A DNA stretch of 64,000 nt from an uncultured delta proteobacterium. Lineage in GTDB: Bacteria; Desulfobacterota; RBG-13-43-22. The position numbers were made by a program, and so were the translations under genes. Below, in pieces: positions 41,817 through 50,336 of the stretch (its first letter is position 1; the number at the start of each line of letters is the position of its first letter). The stretch spans positions 160,001-224,000 of the forward strand of contig CAWJJC010000022.1 of NCBI GenBank assembly GCA_963843145.1, read 5' to 3'. The notes beneath the pieces are model-generated. The model saw only the letters and a list, made by a program, of their open reading frames with translations, was not told the DNA's origin and did no database searches.

Positions 41817-43388
41817 TTAACCGGCAACCATCACCGACTCCGCCAGCCGCCCTTCCTGATTAACCATAGCCGCGTTCAGGGGATTGTCTCCGTTATTCAC
41901 GATTTCCACCAGGGCTTCCACCACCTGCGGGTCGAACTGCGATTGACTGCAGCGGGTGATCTCCTGGAGGGCCTCTTCTTGATTCAGGGCTTTGCGGTAG
42001 GAGCGGTCGGAAGTCATGGCATCGTAGGCGTCCGCCACCGAAATAATCCGGCAGAGGAAAGGAATTTGATTCCCTTTTAAACCATCCGGATACCCGGCCC
42101 CATCCCAGCGTTCGTGGTGATGGCGGATGATGGACTTTTCCATGGCGGAAATTCCCAATTGATTGATGATCCGCTCTCCGGTGGTGGGATGCATCTTGAT
42201 CATATCGTATTCATCCTTATTCAGCCTGGAAGGCTTCAGCAGGACATAATCCTGGACCCCGATTTTCCCGATGTCGTGCAGCGGTCCGGCAAAGGCCAGG
42301 GCGGCAATTTCTTCTTCGGGGCGGTTCATTTTCCGGGCAATGGTCATGGCCAATTGGGTTACCCGCTCAGAATGCTTCATGGTGTAGGGGTCCTTGGCCT
42401 CTATAGTGCTGACCAGGGCCTTCAAGGTGGCATATAGATTTGAGACCACGTTTTCATACAGGGCGATATTTTCGATGGTCATGGCCGCCTTTTCGCTAAG
42501 AATCGAAAGCAAGAAAAGGTCTTCTTCGGAAAAGGGCCTCCCCTGATCACGATCGGCCAACTGCAACACCCCGAAGGTTTCCTGGCGAATCTTTAGGGGC
42601 ATGGCCAAAAAGGATGAAGGCTTTCCTCCCAGGGACTCGTCGGGAAAAGAGAGCAGGCTTTCTTCTCCCAAACCGAGGACGGGCATCCCGTCCTGGGCCA
42701 CCTTGCCCACAACCCCTTGGCCCAGGGGTACGACCAGGTGATTGATCAGGCTGGGATCCATTCCCACACCGGCAATCAATCGCAGTTGACCCGCCTCCCG
42801 ATCCCAGATGAAAAATGCCACCTTCCGGGCATCGGTCAGATGGGCGGCCATGTTGACAATCTGGTGGAAGAGGTCCTCTTTGCCCCGGACCTGGCTCAAC
42901 TGGTCCATGATGGTATACAAAATGGTTTGTTCCTTGACTTTCTTTTCCAGCTTCAGGTTCAGTTCTTCCAGGATTTTCTTGGCCCGGACTTCTTCCGTCA
43001 GCATCTTATTTTCATTGAGCAGTTTCTTCTCTTTGGTCAGTCGTTCCAAGGTCAGACTCACCTGTTCCAACTGGAAGGGTTTGATCAGGAAGTCCGAGGC
43101 CCCCTTTTGGATGGCCTCGATCATAATTTCAAAGGAAGGCTGGCCGGTCATGAGGACGATCATCACGTCCTTGTTAAGCTGCTTGATTCTGCCCAGGGTC
43201 TCCAGCCCGGTAAACCCGGGCATGTACATGTCCATGAAAACACAGTCCATTTCCACCTTCTGGATCCAATTGAGTCCCTCAATCCCGTCGGTGGCCAGAA
43301 AGACATTGTTGCCTTTGAACTCCCGCAGGTAGGCATCCAACAAATTGCGGATAATGGGATCGTCATCAACCACCAGTATGTTCATCAT
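41817..43388 (-). CDS. REC-GAF-HD-GYP response regulator phosphodiesterase
   Basis: REC (VVDDD, MDMYMP, KPF), coiled coil, GAF (GVVGKVA, PFSEED), HD-GYP (LHDIGK, HHERWDGAGYPDGL). Confidence 0.93.
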   Translation of the reverse strand: MMNILVVDDDPIIRNLLDAYLREFKGNNVFLATDGIEGLNWIQKVEMDCVFMDMYMPGFTGLETLGRIKQLNKDVMIVLMTGQPSFEIMIEAIQKGASDFLIKPFQLEQVSLTLERLTKEKKLLNENKMLTEEVRAKKILEELNLKLEKKVKEQTILYTIMDQLSQVRGKEDLFHQIVNMAAHLTDARKVAFFIWDREAGQLRLIAGVGMDPSLINHLVVPLGQGVVGKVAQDGMPVLGLGEESLLSFPDESLGGKPSSFLAMPLKIRQETFGVLQLADRDQGRPFSEEDLFLLSILSEKAAMTIENIALYENVVSNLYATLKALVSTIEAKDPYTMKHSERVTQLAMTIARKMNRPEEEIAALAFAGPLHDIGKIGVQDYVLLKPSRLNKDEYDMIKMHPTTGERIINQLGISAMEKSIIRHHHERWDGAGYPDGLKGNQIPFLCRIISVADAYDAMTSDRSYRKALNQEEALQEITRCSQSQFDPQVVEALVEIVNNGDNPLNAAMVNQEGRLAESVMVAG

Positions 43389-43441
43389 GATCTATTCCTT
43401 TATCTTATTACTTCAGGCGTCGAATCAACGCCCTACTCATC

Positions 43442-43468
43442 CTTTCGACTTTAACCGGCATTTTCTTA
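43442..43468 (-). promoter_or_regulatory. Possible sigma28-type promoter
   Basis: Minus strand TAAG-N15-GTCGAAAG upstream of the REC-GAF-HD-GYP gene. Confidence 0.4.
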
Positions 43469-43560
43469 AATACTTTTTTGGAGCAGACAACGGAAGGGCA
43501 ATGAAAGGGATCAATCTTCGGGCAATGGACTTCCATATGAGGGCGGAAACCTTTTTCCCC

Positions 43561-43605
43561 TTGACATTCTCTTTTTTACCTCATAAAATACCTCAAATAG
43601 ATGTA
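43561..43605 (+). promoter_or_regulatory. sigma70 promoter and likely operator of the vapBC-type pair
   Basis: TTGACA-N17-TAAAAT; TACCTCA direct repeat and imperfect inverted repeat TACCTC-N5-GATGTA around the -10. Confidence 0.7.
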
Positions 43606-43616
43606 AGGAGAGAGTC

Positions 43617-43868
43617 ATGGGTCAGATTACAGTTCGGGGTTTAGGCCCGGAAATAGAACAAAAAATTAGGCAACTATCCAGGGACAAGCACCAGTCCATT
43701 AATTACGTTCTTACCGAAATCATTCGCCAAAAATTTGACGAGGGGAAGCGCATCTCCCCGGCCGCAACGCTAAAACATTTGGCAGGTGGATGGAGCGAAC
43801 AGGAAGCCTCGGATTTTCTGAATTCTATCGGGTCCTGCGAACAAATTGACGAGGAAATGTGGCGATGA
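43617..43868 (+). CDS. FitA-like ribbon-helix-helix antitoxin
   Basis: QITVRGL..EIEQKIRQ.S...HQSIN RHH pattern, acidic tail, ATGA overlap with the PIN gene. Confidence 0.8.
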   Translation: MGQITVRGLGPEIEQKIRQLSRDKHQSINYVLTEIIRQKFDEGKRISPAATLKHLAGGWSEQEASDFLNSIGSCEQIDEEMWR

Positions 43869-44272
43869 AGCTTCTTTTAGATACCAACGCCTATGTGGGA
43901 TTCAAAACGGGCCTCCCTGATCTGGTCGACTTCCTTCTGAAAGCAAGCCTGATTTTGATATCACCAATTATCTTGGGGGAATTGATTTTCGGATTTCGCA
44001 ACGGCACCAGATTCCAAGAAAATATGGATGAGCTCCATCAGTTTATCACTCATGATGCAGTGGAAGTGGTCCAGATAGGGGAAATCACCGCCGACCGCTA
44101 TTCAAGAATCGCCGAGCAACTCAAAAGACAAGGAACGCCCATCCCCACTAATGATATCTGGGTTGCAGCCCAGGCAATGGAGCAGGGCGCTGAACTAGTT
44201 ACCATGGATTATCATTTTGAGAAAATCAGAGGCCTGGTTTATCGCCTGTTTCCCACCTCTGAACAACGATGA
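43865..44272 (+). CDS. vapC: VapC family PIN-domain toxin
   Basis: LLDTN, ILGEL, PIPTNDIWVAA, LVTMD.HF. Confidence 0.93.
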   Translation: MKLLLDTNAYVGFKTGLPDLVDFLLKASLILISPIILGELIFGFRNGTRFQENMDELHQFITHDAVEVVQIGEITADRYSRIAEQLKRQGTPIPTNDIWVAAQAMEQGAELVTMDYHFEKIRGLVYRLFPTSEQR

Positions 44273-44298
44273 TCCTTTTCAGCGGATGGAAATTATAC

Positions 44299-44721
44299 TC
44301 ATTTCACCATATCAACAAATCGCGGCGAGTAGGATTGCGGCGGGATATATCTTTTGACGCCCTGAACCTCCCGGCCCAGGGTGGCCATCTCCTGCTTCAA
44401 ATCCCGGCAGCGCACCTCGGCGTACTGGAGACACTCCAAATTCAAGTCAAAGATCTCCTGCCAGGTTTCCTTAATCTTTCCGATCCAGGTCGCCAGTAAG
44501 GGTTCTCCTTTTTTCTCCAGAGGAACGGCTCGCCGTCCGGGGTAACCCTCCCGGGCGAGTTGTATGTCCACCAGATCGATGGTTTTCAGGATTTCTTCCC
44601 GCTCCCTGGTCAACTGGCTGATCTGGGGGTCCTGTCCCACTTCCAGGGCTTTTTTAAACCCCTCCATGTTGGCCTTGAGCCGGCGATAGAGTCCGTGTTT
44701 TTGCTGCAGTAGGTCAGTCAT
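44299..44721 (-). CDS. FliT/FlgN-like flagellar export chaperone (putative)
   Basis: Helical 140 aa protein directly after fliS; the call rests mainly on position. Confidence 0.55.
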   Translation of the reverse strand: MTDLLQQKHGLYRRLKANMEGFKKALEVGQDPQISQLTREREEILKTIDLVDIQLAREGYPGRRAVPLEKKGEPLLATWIGKIKETWQEIFDLNLECLQYAEVRCRDLKQEMATLGREVQGVKRYIPPQSYSPRFVDMVK

Positions 44722-44786
44722 CAGGTACCCCTTATTCCCCCTTAGGTTTTTTGAGCAGTATGCGCTCGGCTCTCTGCGCCATGCCC

Positions 44787-45227
44787 TTAAACCGAAAATC
44801 CCCTGGCCGCCATGGCCATCTGGCCGTAGGTCTGGTTGGGCATCACCCCGGCCGAAGGCCGGGTATCGATCTCGGCCCAGGCGGAACGGAGTTCGGAAAG
44901 CATCTCGACAATCTGATCGACTAAGCGCATGTCGCCCTTCAAATCAGCATTAATTATGCTCTTTATGAAAAAACCATAGAGGGCCCGGAGATTTTGAGCA
45001 ATCTGACCACCGGCTTCCATATTTAAACATACCATCAATTCGGTTATTAAATTCTGGGCCCGGATTAATAATCTGGCCTTCTCCTCAAACTCTTTCTGCA
45101 GGTAGCACTCCACCCCCTGCTGCAAGGCCCGTATGGCTTCATCATAGCAAATCAGGATCAGTTCTTTTTGATCTGCAGTTTCCACGGCTACATGGTTATA
45201 ACGATTTAGTTGCCAGTACGACTTCAT
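44787..45227 (-). CDS. fliS: Flagellin chaperone FliS
   Basis: VETAD..ELILICYD, LNMEAGGQIAQNLRALY, ELRSAW. Confidence 0.93.
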   Translation of the reverse strand: MKSYWQLNRYNHVAVETADQKELILICYDEAIRALQQGVECYLQKEFEEKARLLIRAQNLITELMVCLNMEAGGQIAQNLRALYGFFIKSIINADLKGDMRLVDQIVEMLSELRSAWAEIDTRPSAGVMPNQTYGQMAMAARGFSV

Positions 45228-45247
45228 TCCTTCATTCCTCCTGACTT

Positions 45248-46864
45248 CTACTGTTGAGTGAGTCCGCTAATTTGAGAAGAAAGCCAGGAACTCATGCTCT
45301 GCATTTTTCCCAGAGCTGTTTCCATGGCTACATATTGATTCGTCAAGGTCTCCATCCGCTTGTCCAGCCGGGCTTCCATTTGTTTTATCTTATTATCCAG
45401 GTTGTCCATACTGGTTTGCAGGCTGGTTTGTTTATAGGCCAAGTACCCGCCATGACTGTCGGTGATGTTATACAAGGTCCGGGAGAAGGCCTCAGCGACA
45501 CCGAGGGTTAAGGTGACGTTACCTACATTACCGGTGGCTGTGCCGGAGTAACTCACCACCAGTCCCTCAATCGAGGTTCCGGGCGCCCCGGTTAAAGTAG
45601 TTCCGCTGCCGATGGCCGCCTCCCCGTTGATGGTCCCGGCCACATCCACCCCGGTCGAAGGCGCCTGGGTGATATCGATTACATAGGTCCCGGGGGTTGT
45701 TTTTACCCCATGGGTAACGTAGTTTAAATCGCCGGTGGAGGACGTTCCCTCGGCAATAAACAGCCTTTTGATGTCCTCGAAATTAGTCTCCAGGTACCCT
45801 GTGAGCTTGCTTTCGTTAACCGAAAGATTCCCTTGATTATCCAGATTGATCCCTGCCAGCCCTAAAGTGGAAAATTGAGACGATACTCCCCAGACCTGAT
45901 TGATCACGTTTTTTGTCAGGTTACTTTTTACCGACCTAAGGGTTGTGTCCCCAAATAATATACTGTTCGACTGCCCGTCTCCCTGATGATAAGTTGACTG
46001 GGTTTGAATAGAATTCAGGACCTGATTATATTGATCAACGAACTCTTTGATCAGGCTGGATACCCCATCTAAATCCCGATCTATATTTAACGTAATTGTC
46101 GTCCCGGGTTCGGCCTTTTTGAGGTTCAAGGTAATTCCGGGAAGGACATCGGTTATGGTATTGGACGATCGGGTCAGAGAAATCCCGTCAACCTTTAATT
46201 GGGCGTCCCGCCCGGTCTGAATCTCGGCAAATCCAAAGGCCGCCACCAAATCGGGCGAACCCTCTGGTTCCAGCGTAAACCCCGCCGCTCCTTCCTGCTG
46301 GCTGGTCAGGATCAGGCGATTATCGGTCGAAGAATAGGATACAATGGAGGCCGTAACCTTGGTGGCCTGGTCGCCGCTATTCAGATTGTTAATCTTGGTC
46401 CGGACATCCGCCAGGGTATCGCCCGCAACAACCGTCACCGTTCGGCCGTTAATTTGAAAGGCACCGGCGTAGCCATCACCCAAGGCGATCGATTGACTGG
46501 AAAAACTTTGGCTGGCTCGTTTTTGAACCCTGGCGGTTTGGAGTACCTCGATGTCGTAGGACCCCGTTTCCCCGGCGGCCCCAAGAGCGGCTGTTAGGAG
46601 GTCGTTGGGATCCGTGGCTGAGGAGGAACTGGAAGAACTGGTATAAAGATTAAATTCCTTCGCCGTATTCAGCTTTTCGGCGGCCGTCTTGAGAGAGAGC
46701 AATTTGGTATTTAATTCCTGCCAGGCTTTTAATTTGTCCCCGTAGGTGCCTTTCTGTTTGGTAAGCAAGTCGATGGGCCCATGTTCGGCCGTTCGCAGTT
46801 GATCGATCAGCGATCGCCAATCGATTCCGCTGCTCAATCCGCTGACACTAGTAGTGGAGGCCAT
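45248..46864 (-). CDS. fliD: Flagellar filament cap FliD
   Basis: SGLSSGIDW..LIDQL, SSNTITDVLPGITLNL, FVDQYN, C-terminal coiled coil. Confidence 0.95.
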   Translation of the reverse strand: MASTTSVSGLSSGIDWRSLIDQLRTAEHGPIDLLTKQKGTYGDKLKAWQELNTKLLSLKTAAEKLNTAKEFNLYTSSSSSSSATDPNDLLTAALGAAGETGSYDIEVLQTARVQKRASQSFSSQSIALGDGYAGAFQINGRTVTVVAGDTLADVRTKINNLNSGDQATKVTASIVSYSSTDNRLILTSQQEGAAGFTLEPEGSPDLVAAFGFAEIQTGRDAQLKVDGISLTRSSNTITDVLPGITLNLKKAEPGTTITLNIDRDLDGVSSLIKEFVDQYNQVLNSIQTQSTYHQGDGQSNSILFGDTTLRSVKSNLTKNVINQVWGVSSQFSTLGLAGINLDNQGNLSVNESKLTGYLETNFEDIKRLFIAEGTSSTGDLNYVTHGVKTTPGTYVIDITQAPSTGVDVAGTINGEAAIGSGTTLTGAPGTSIEGLVVSYSGTATGNVGNVTLTLGVAEAFSRTLYNITDSHGGYLAYKQTSLQTSMDNLDNKIKQMEARLDKRMETLTNQYVAMETALGKMQSMSSWLSSQISGLTQQ

Positions 46865-46884
46865 GAAACTTTTCCTCTTTAAGA

Positions 46885-47268
46885 TTATTCCAGCTTCTCA
46901 TCGACCAGAATACCGGTACCAGAACCGGTATTGCGGGAAAGTCGGGCGATTTCTTCTGGCGGTATCTGCCGTATCACTCTGCCCTCACTATCCAATACTC
47001 GGATGGTGACCCGACCGTTTTCCTGATTGGGGACAAATTCCAGGCTGTATTTGGTGGCATCCAGGAAGGCATTAATCCGGGCGGCCAGGACTTTCCGGGT
47101 TTCCTGACTGTTGGTAAATGGATCGGTCGAAGGCGCGATTTCCAGTGGCTTAGGTATCTTTTTGCCCGATTCCTGTCCCGGTTCCCCTTTGCTAACCTTT
47201 GGAATCGGTTGGGAACCCGCTAAAGAAACGCTGATGGGAACTTTTTCGCCAAATCCTATAGGCTCCAT
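46885..47268 (-). CDS. flaG: FlaG family protein
   Basis: VIRQIPPEE and GILVDEK; lies between fliC and fliD. Confidence 0.88.
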   Translation of the reverse strand: MEPIGFGEKVPISVSLAGSQPIPKVSKGEPGQESGKKIPKPLEIAPSTDPFTNSQETRKVLAARINAFLDATKYSLEFVPNQENGRVTIRVLDSEGRVIRQIPPEEIARLSRNTGSGTGILVDEKLE

Positions 47269-47298
47269 GGTGTTTTCTCCCTCACCTTGCTTAGGCGC

Positions 47299-47340
47299 TA
47301 ATCCACAGTGGGCAGGGTGTTCCCTACCCACTGTGGATTA
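47299..47340 (-). repeat. 19 bp stem-loop directly after fliC
   Basis: mRNA UAAUCCACAGUGGGUAGGG-AACA-CCCUGCCCACUGUGGAUUA, fully paired with one G-U. Confidence 0.9.
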
Positions 47341-47343
47341 CGA

Positions 47344-48171
47344 TTACTTGAGCAGGCTGAGTATGTTCTGTGGCATCATGTTGGCCTGGGCCAGCATGGC
47401 CGTACCCGCTTGGAGCAAGATCTGGTTTTTGGTAAAAGTTACCATTTCAGCCGCCATATCTACATCACGAATGGCAGACTGGGAGGCGGATATATTTTCT
47501 ATCGATACCGCCAGGTTGGCAGAGGCATAATCAAATCGGCTTTGGGCCGCACCGATTTGGCCTAAGACGAAGTTCACTGAAACGAGAGAGGCATTGATAC
47601 TCGTTATGGCCGCCTGCGCACTAACCAAAGATCCCAGATTGATGGTACTCAGCCCCACGGAGCTGGAAAGCAAGCCATATGAAGTATTAACGGAAACCGT
47701 ATCTTCACCGTCAACGCTGGCGGACCCAATCTGGAAGGTCATGCTCAAATTTCCACTCAGCAGGTTCGTAGTGCCGTATTTAGTGTCTTTAGCGATACGA
47801 TCGATTTCATCCAACAGCTTCGACGCTTCTGCTTGTAAACCATCCCGACCAGTTTGATCCACGTTGCTGGAAGAAGCCGAAGTAGCCAGTTCCTTCAATC
47901 GTTCGATGATCCCTTCGATCTGGGTGGCTCCTCCTTCGGCCATCTGCAAAAGGGCATTGCCTTGGGTAACATTTAGCTGAGCTACCTGAAGCCCTCTAAC
48001 CTCCATCCTTAAATTATTGGCAATGGAAAGACCGGCGACATCGTCTTTGGCCTTATTGATCCGTAAACCGGAAGACAATCTTTCAATCGACTTCCCCATG
48101 ACGTTATCGGTTTGGGTTAACAGCCGGTGGGCATTCAAAGCCGCGAGGTTGGTGTTGATTCGAAGTGCCAT
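47344..48171 (-). CDS. fliC: Flagellin (short, essentially D0-D1 only)
   Basis: MALRINTN, RLSSGLRIN, IGAAQSRF, IRDVDMAAEM, QANMMPQNILSLL. Confidence 0.98.
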   Translation of the reverse strand: MALRINTNLAALNAHRLLTQTDNVMGKSIERLSSGLRINKAKDDVAGLSIANNLRMEVRGLQVAQLNVTQGNALLQMAEGGATQIEGIIERLKELATSASSSNVDQTGRDGLQAEASKLLDEIDRIAKDTKYGTTNLLSGNLSMTFQIGSASVDGEDTVSVNTSYGLLSSSVGLSTINLGSLVSAQAAITSINASLVSVNFVLGQIGAAQSRFDYASANLAVSIENISASQSAIRDVDMAAEMVTFTKNQILLQAGTAMLAQANMMPQNILSLLK

Positions 48172-48198
48172 AGTTCATTCCTCCTTGATTTTAATTTT

Positions 48199-48210
48199 GG
48201 CATCCTTGCC
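48199..48210 (-). promoter_or_regulatory. Putative CsrA-binding hairpin in the fliC leader
   Basis: GGCA-AGGA-UGCC with GGA in the loop; a second AAGGAGGA overlaps the Shine-Dalgarno. Confidence 0.7.
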
Positions 48211-48304
48211 TGAATTTCTTCAAAAACAAATCGGGTCTACCTGATTTTTATATCGTGCTAAACTATCCTCCTTTCCTTTGGGTTCGATGTTCATTTTGAA
48301 AATC

Positions 48305-48331
48305 TTATCGTCAGAACGGGGAAAAACTTAA
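48305..48331 (-). promoter_or_regulatory. sigma28 promoter of fliC
   Basis: Minus strand TTAAGTTT-N11-GACGATAA. Confidence 0.75.
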
Positions 48332-48358
48332 GGATTTTTTGGGAGGAGAAGGGACGGT

Positions 48359-50161
48359 TTATCGGGCGGCCGCGGAAAGGAAATTGGGGGTGAGGGCGGT
48401 TGTTGAGGCCTTTTTCAAAGCGGAAAGGTCATCTTCCAACCGTCTCAGGGTGGAGGACAAGTTCCCTATTGTTTTGGCTTCGACCACGATCTGCTCCAAT
48501 ATTTCCCGGGTGGGGTGAAGCGAAAAGCCGATATGAAGGGCTTGAATAGCCAGTGTGGGCTTTCCCCCCTGATCAAGGGCCCCGGCAATCTGGAAGAAAA
48601 GTTCTCCCAAATCCTGGAGGCTTTGGATGGTAAGGTTCCGATCTAAACACAGTAATTCTAGGAGTTCATCGCACACCTTCACCAGACCTTCCACCTCCCC
48701 AACCTTAAGGAAAAGGTCACAAAGATAGAGCCGGACATCCACTAATTGATGATCCAAAGCCAAGGCCTGCTTAAAATATTCGAGGGCCGGGTGATGTTTT
48801 TTCTGCTGATAAAAAACAAGTCCAAGATTAATCAGGGCCTCCAATCGATCAGTGTTTAATTCCAAGGCCTGCCGGAGGGCCTCTTCGGCTTCGGCCCATC
48901 GCTCCAGTTTTCGCAAACAAAGGCCCAGGTTGGAAAACATTATGTCCGAGGCCGCCCCTTTCTGAGCAGCCCTCTGAAAATAATCTACGGCCTCTGAAAA
49001 TTGATTATCCTCCAAGGCCAGCAAGCCTAAGAGTTCTAAGGGTTTGGAATTGTCAGGATCCCGAGCCAGGTACGCTTCCCACACCATCCCGGCCTGTTCT
49101 CTCATTCCTAAGTGTTTATAGCATTCGCATAAAGCATGGAATTGACCATAAGCAAATTGTTCCTGATTCACGGGAAAAATACTTAACTCCTGGGGTAATT
49201 CCAATGATCGGCGGAGTGGAAAGCAGGCGCTTTCATAATCTCCAGCCAGGAAATAACTCTCTCCCAATTCATATTGAACCATCGGATCATCGGGGTGCTC
49301 GTTGACCAATTTCTGGAATAAAAGCTTCGCTTCCGAAAACAGATTAAGTTTTAAGTAAAATTGACCCAAAAGTATGGCACTTTGAAGAAAAAATGCTTTT
49401 TCCCTTTTTTGGATAGTCGAATTTTCTGTAATTATTTTAATGTGTTTGATCGCCTCCTGATAACGGCCCTGTCCGGCCAGGGTGCGGGCCCCATAATAGC
49501 GACTGAATAAATCATTGGGATTCTTTTCTATATCCGCTTCCAATATGGCCCAGTTACGTTCGAATTTCCTTTTGATAGTTGTTGGATCGTTATATCCGGT
49601 ATGCCGAATCCGCATTGGGAGGTATTCAAGGGGTATCCTTAAGCGCTGGAGGCTAAAAACGGCTTGCTCGTGGACCCGCCCCTCAAATAGCACCCCCGGT
49701 TTCTTCGGGAAAAGGCGCATCTGATAAAAAGAGGTAACTCCTTCCTGAAGAGCATGGCTTTGAACAATAAAATAATATGCCTTTGTTCGATAGGGGCGAA
49801 GCTGGGATTTAATTTGACGAAGTTTTTCAATTTCTTCTGGATCGATCCGGTCATCGGCATCCAGCCAAAGGATATAATGGCCGGTGGCCCGCCGGATCGA
49901 TTCGTTCCGGGCGGCACTGAAATCATTTGTCCAGGGAAATTCAAAGACCTTGGCTCCCATCTGCAGGGCAATTTCTCGAGTATTATCCGTTGATCCGGTA
50001 TCCACAATGATGATTTCATCAACAACATCTTTTATACTTTCAAGACATTGAGGCAAAAACGCCTCTTCGTCTTTCACGATCATGCAAAGGGAAATGGTAG
50101 AAGGGCTTTTCTTGCGGGTAATCTGCATATTCTTACGAATTCTTTTCTCTTTTTTAGCCAT
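48359..50161 (-). CDS. GT2 glycosyltransferase with TPR repeats (probable flagellin glycosyltransferase)
   Basis: ISLCMIVKDE, VDTGSTD, DFSAARN, LDADD, GRVHE, then many TPRs; adjacent to fliC. Confidence 0.92.
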   Translation of the reverse strand: MAKKEKRIRKNMQITRKKSPSTISLCMIVKDEEAFLPQCLESIKDVVDEIIIVDTGSTDNTREIALQMGAKVFEFPWTNDFSAARNESIRRATGHYILWLDADDRIDPEEIEKLRQIKSQLRPYRTKAYYFIVQSHALQEGVTSFYQMRLFPKKPGVLFEGRVHEQAVFSLQRLRIPLEYLPMRIRHTGYNDPTTIKRKFERNWAILEADIEKNPNDLFSRYYGARTLAGQGRYQEAIKHIKIITENSTIQKREKAFFLQSAILLGQFYLKLNLFSEAKLLFQKLVNEHPDDPMVQYELGESYFLAGDYESACFPLRRSLELPQELSIFPVNQEQFAYGQFHALCECYKHLGMREQAGMVWEAYLARDPDNSKPLELLGLLALEDNQFSEAVDYFQRAAQKGAASDIMFSNLGLCLRKLERWAEAEEALRQALELNTDRLEALINLGLVFYQQKKHHPALEYFKQALALDHQLVDVRLYLCDLFLKVGEVEGLVKVCDELLELLCLDRNLTIQSLQDLGELFFQIAGALDQGGKPTLAIQALHIGFSLHPTREILEQIVVEAKTIGNLSSTLRRLEDDLSALKKASTTALTPNFLSAAAR

Positions 50162-50336
50162 TTATGTTTTGCCTTTCATTATCCCATTAATATCTTATTC
50201 ACTTTAAAATTATCCTGAGATTATGCTTTCAATTATCCTTTTGAAATTGCCAATCCATCTGAATGGCCTTCCCAGTTAGCCCACAACGAGGAGGGCGTTG
50301 CCTAAAGTCATAAAAACTTCCCGTTTCCTCTTGCCG

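Noticed and set aside
47299-47340. Two inverted TAATCCACA 8/9 DnaA-box matches in the fliC hairpin
   Set aside because: The second copy is forced by hairpin symmetry, and a single 8/9 match is expected by chance.
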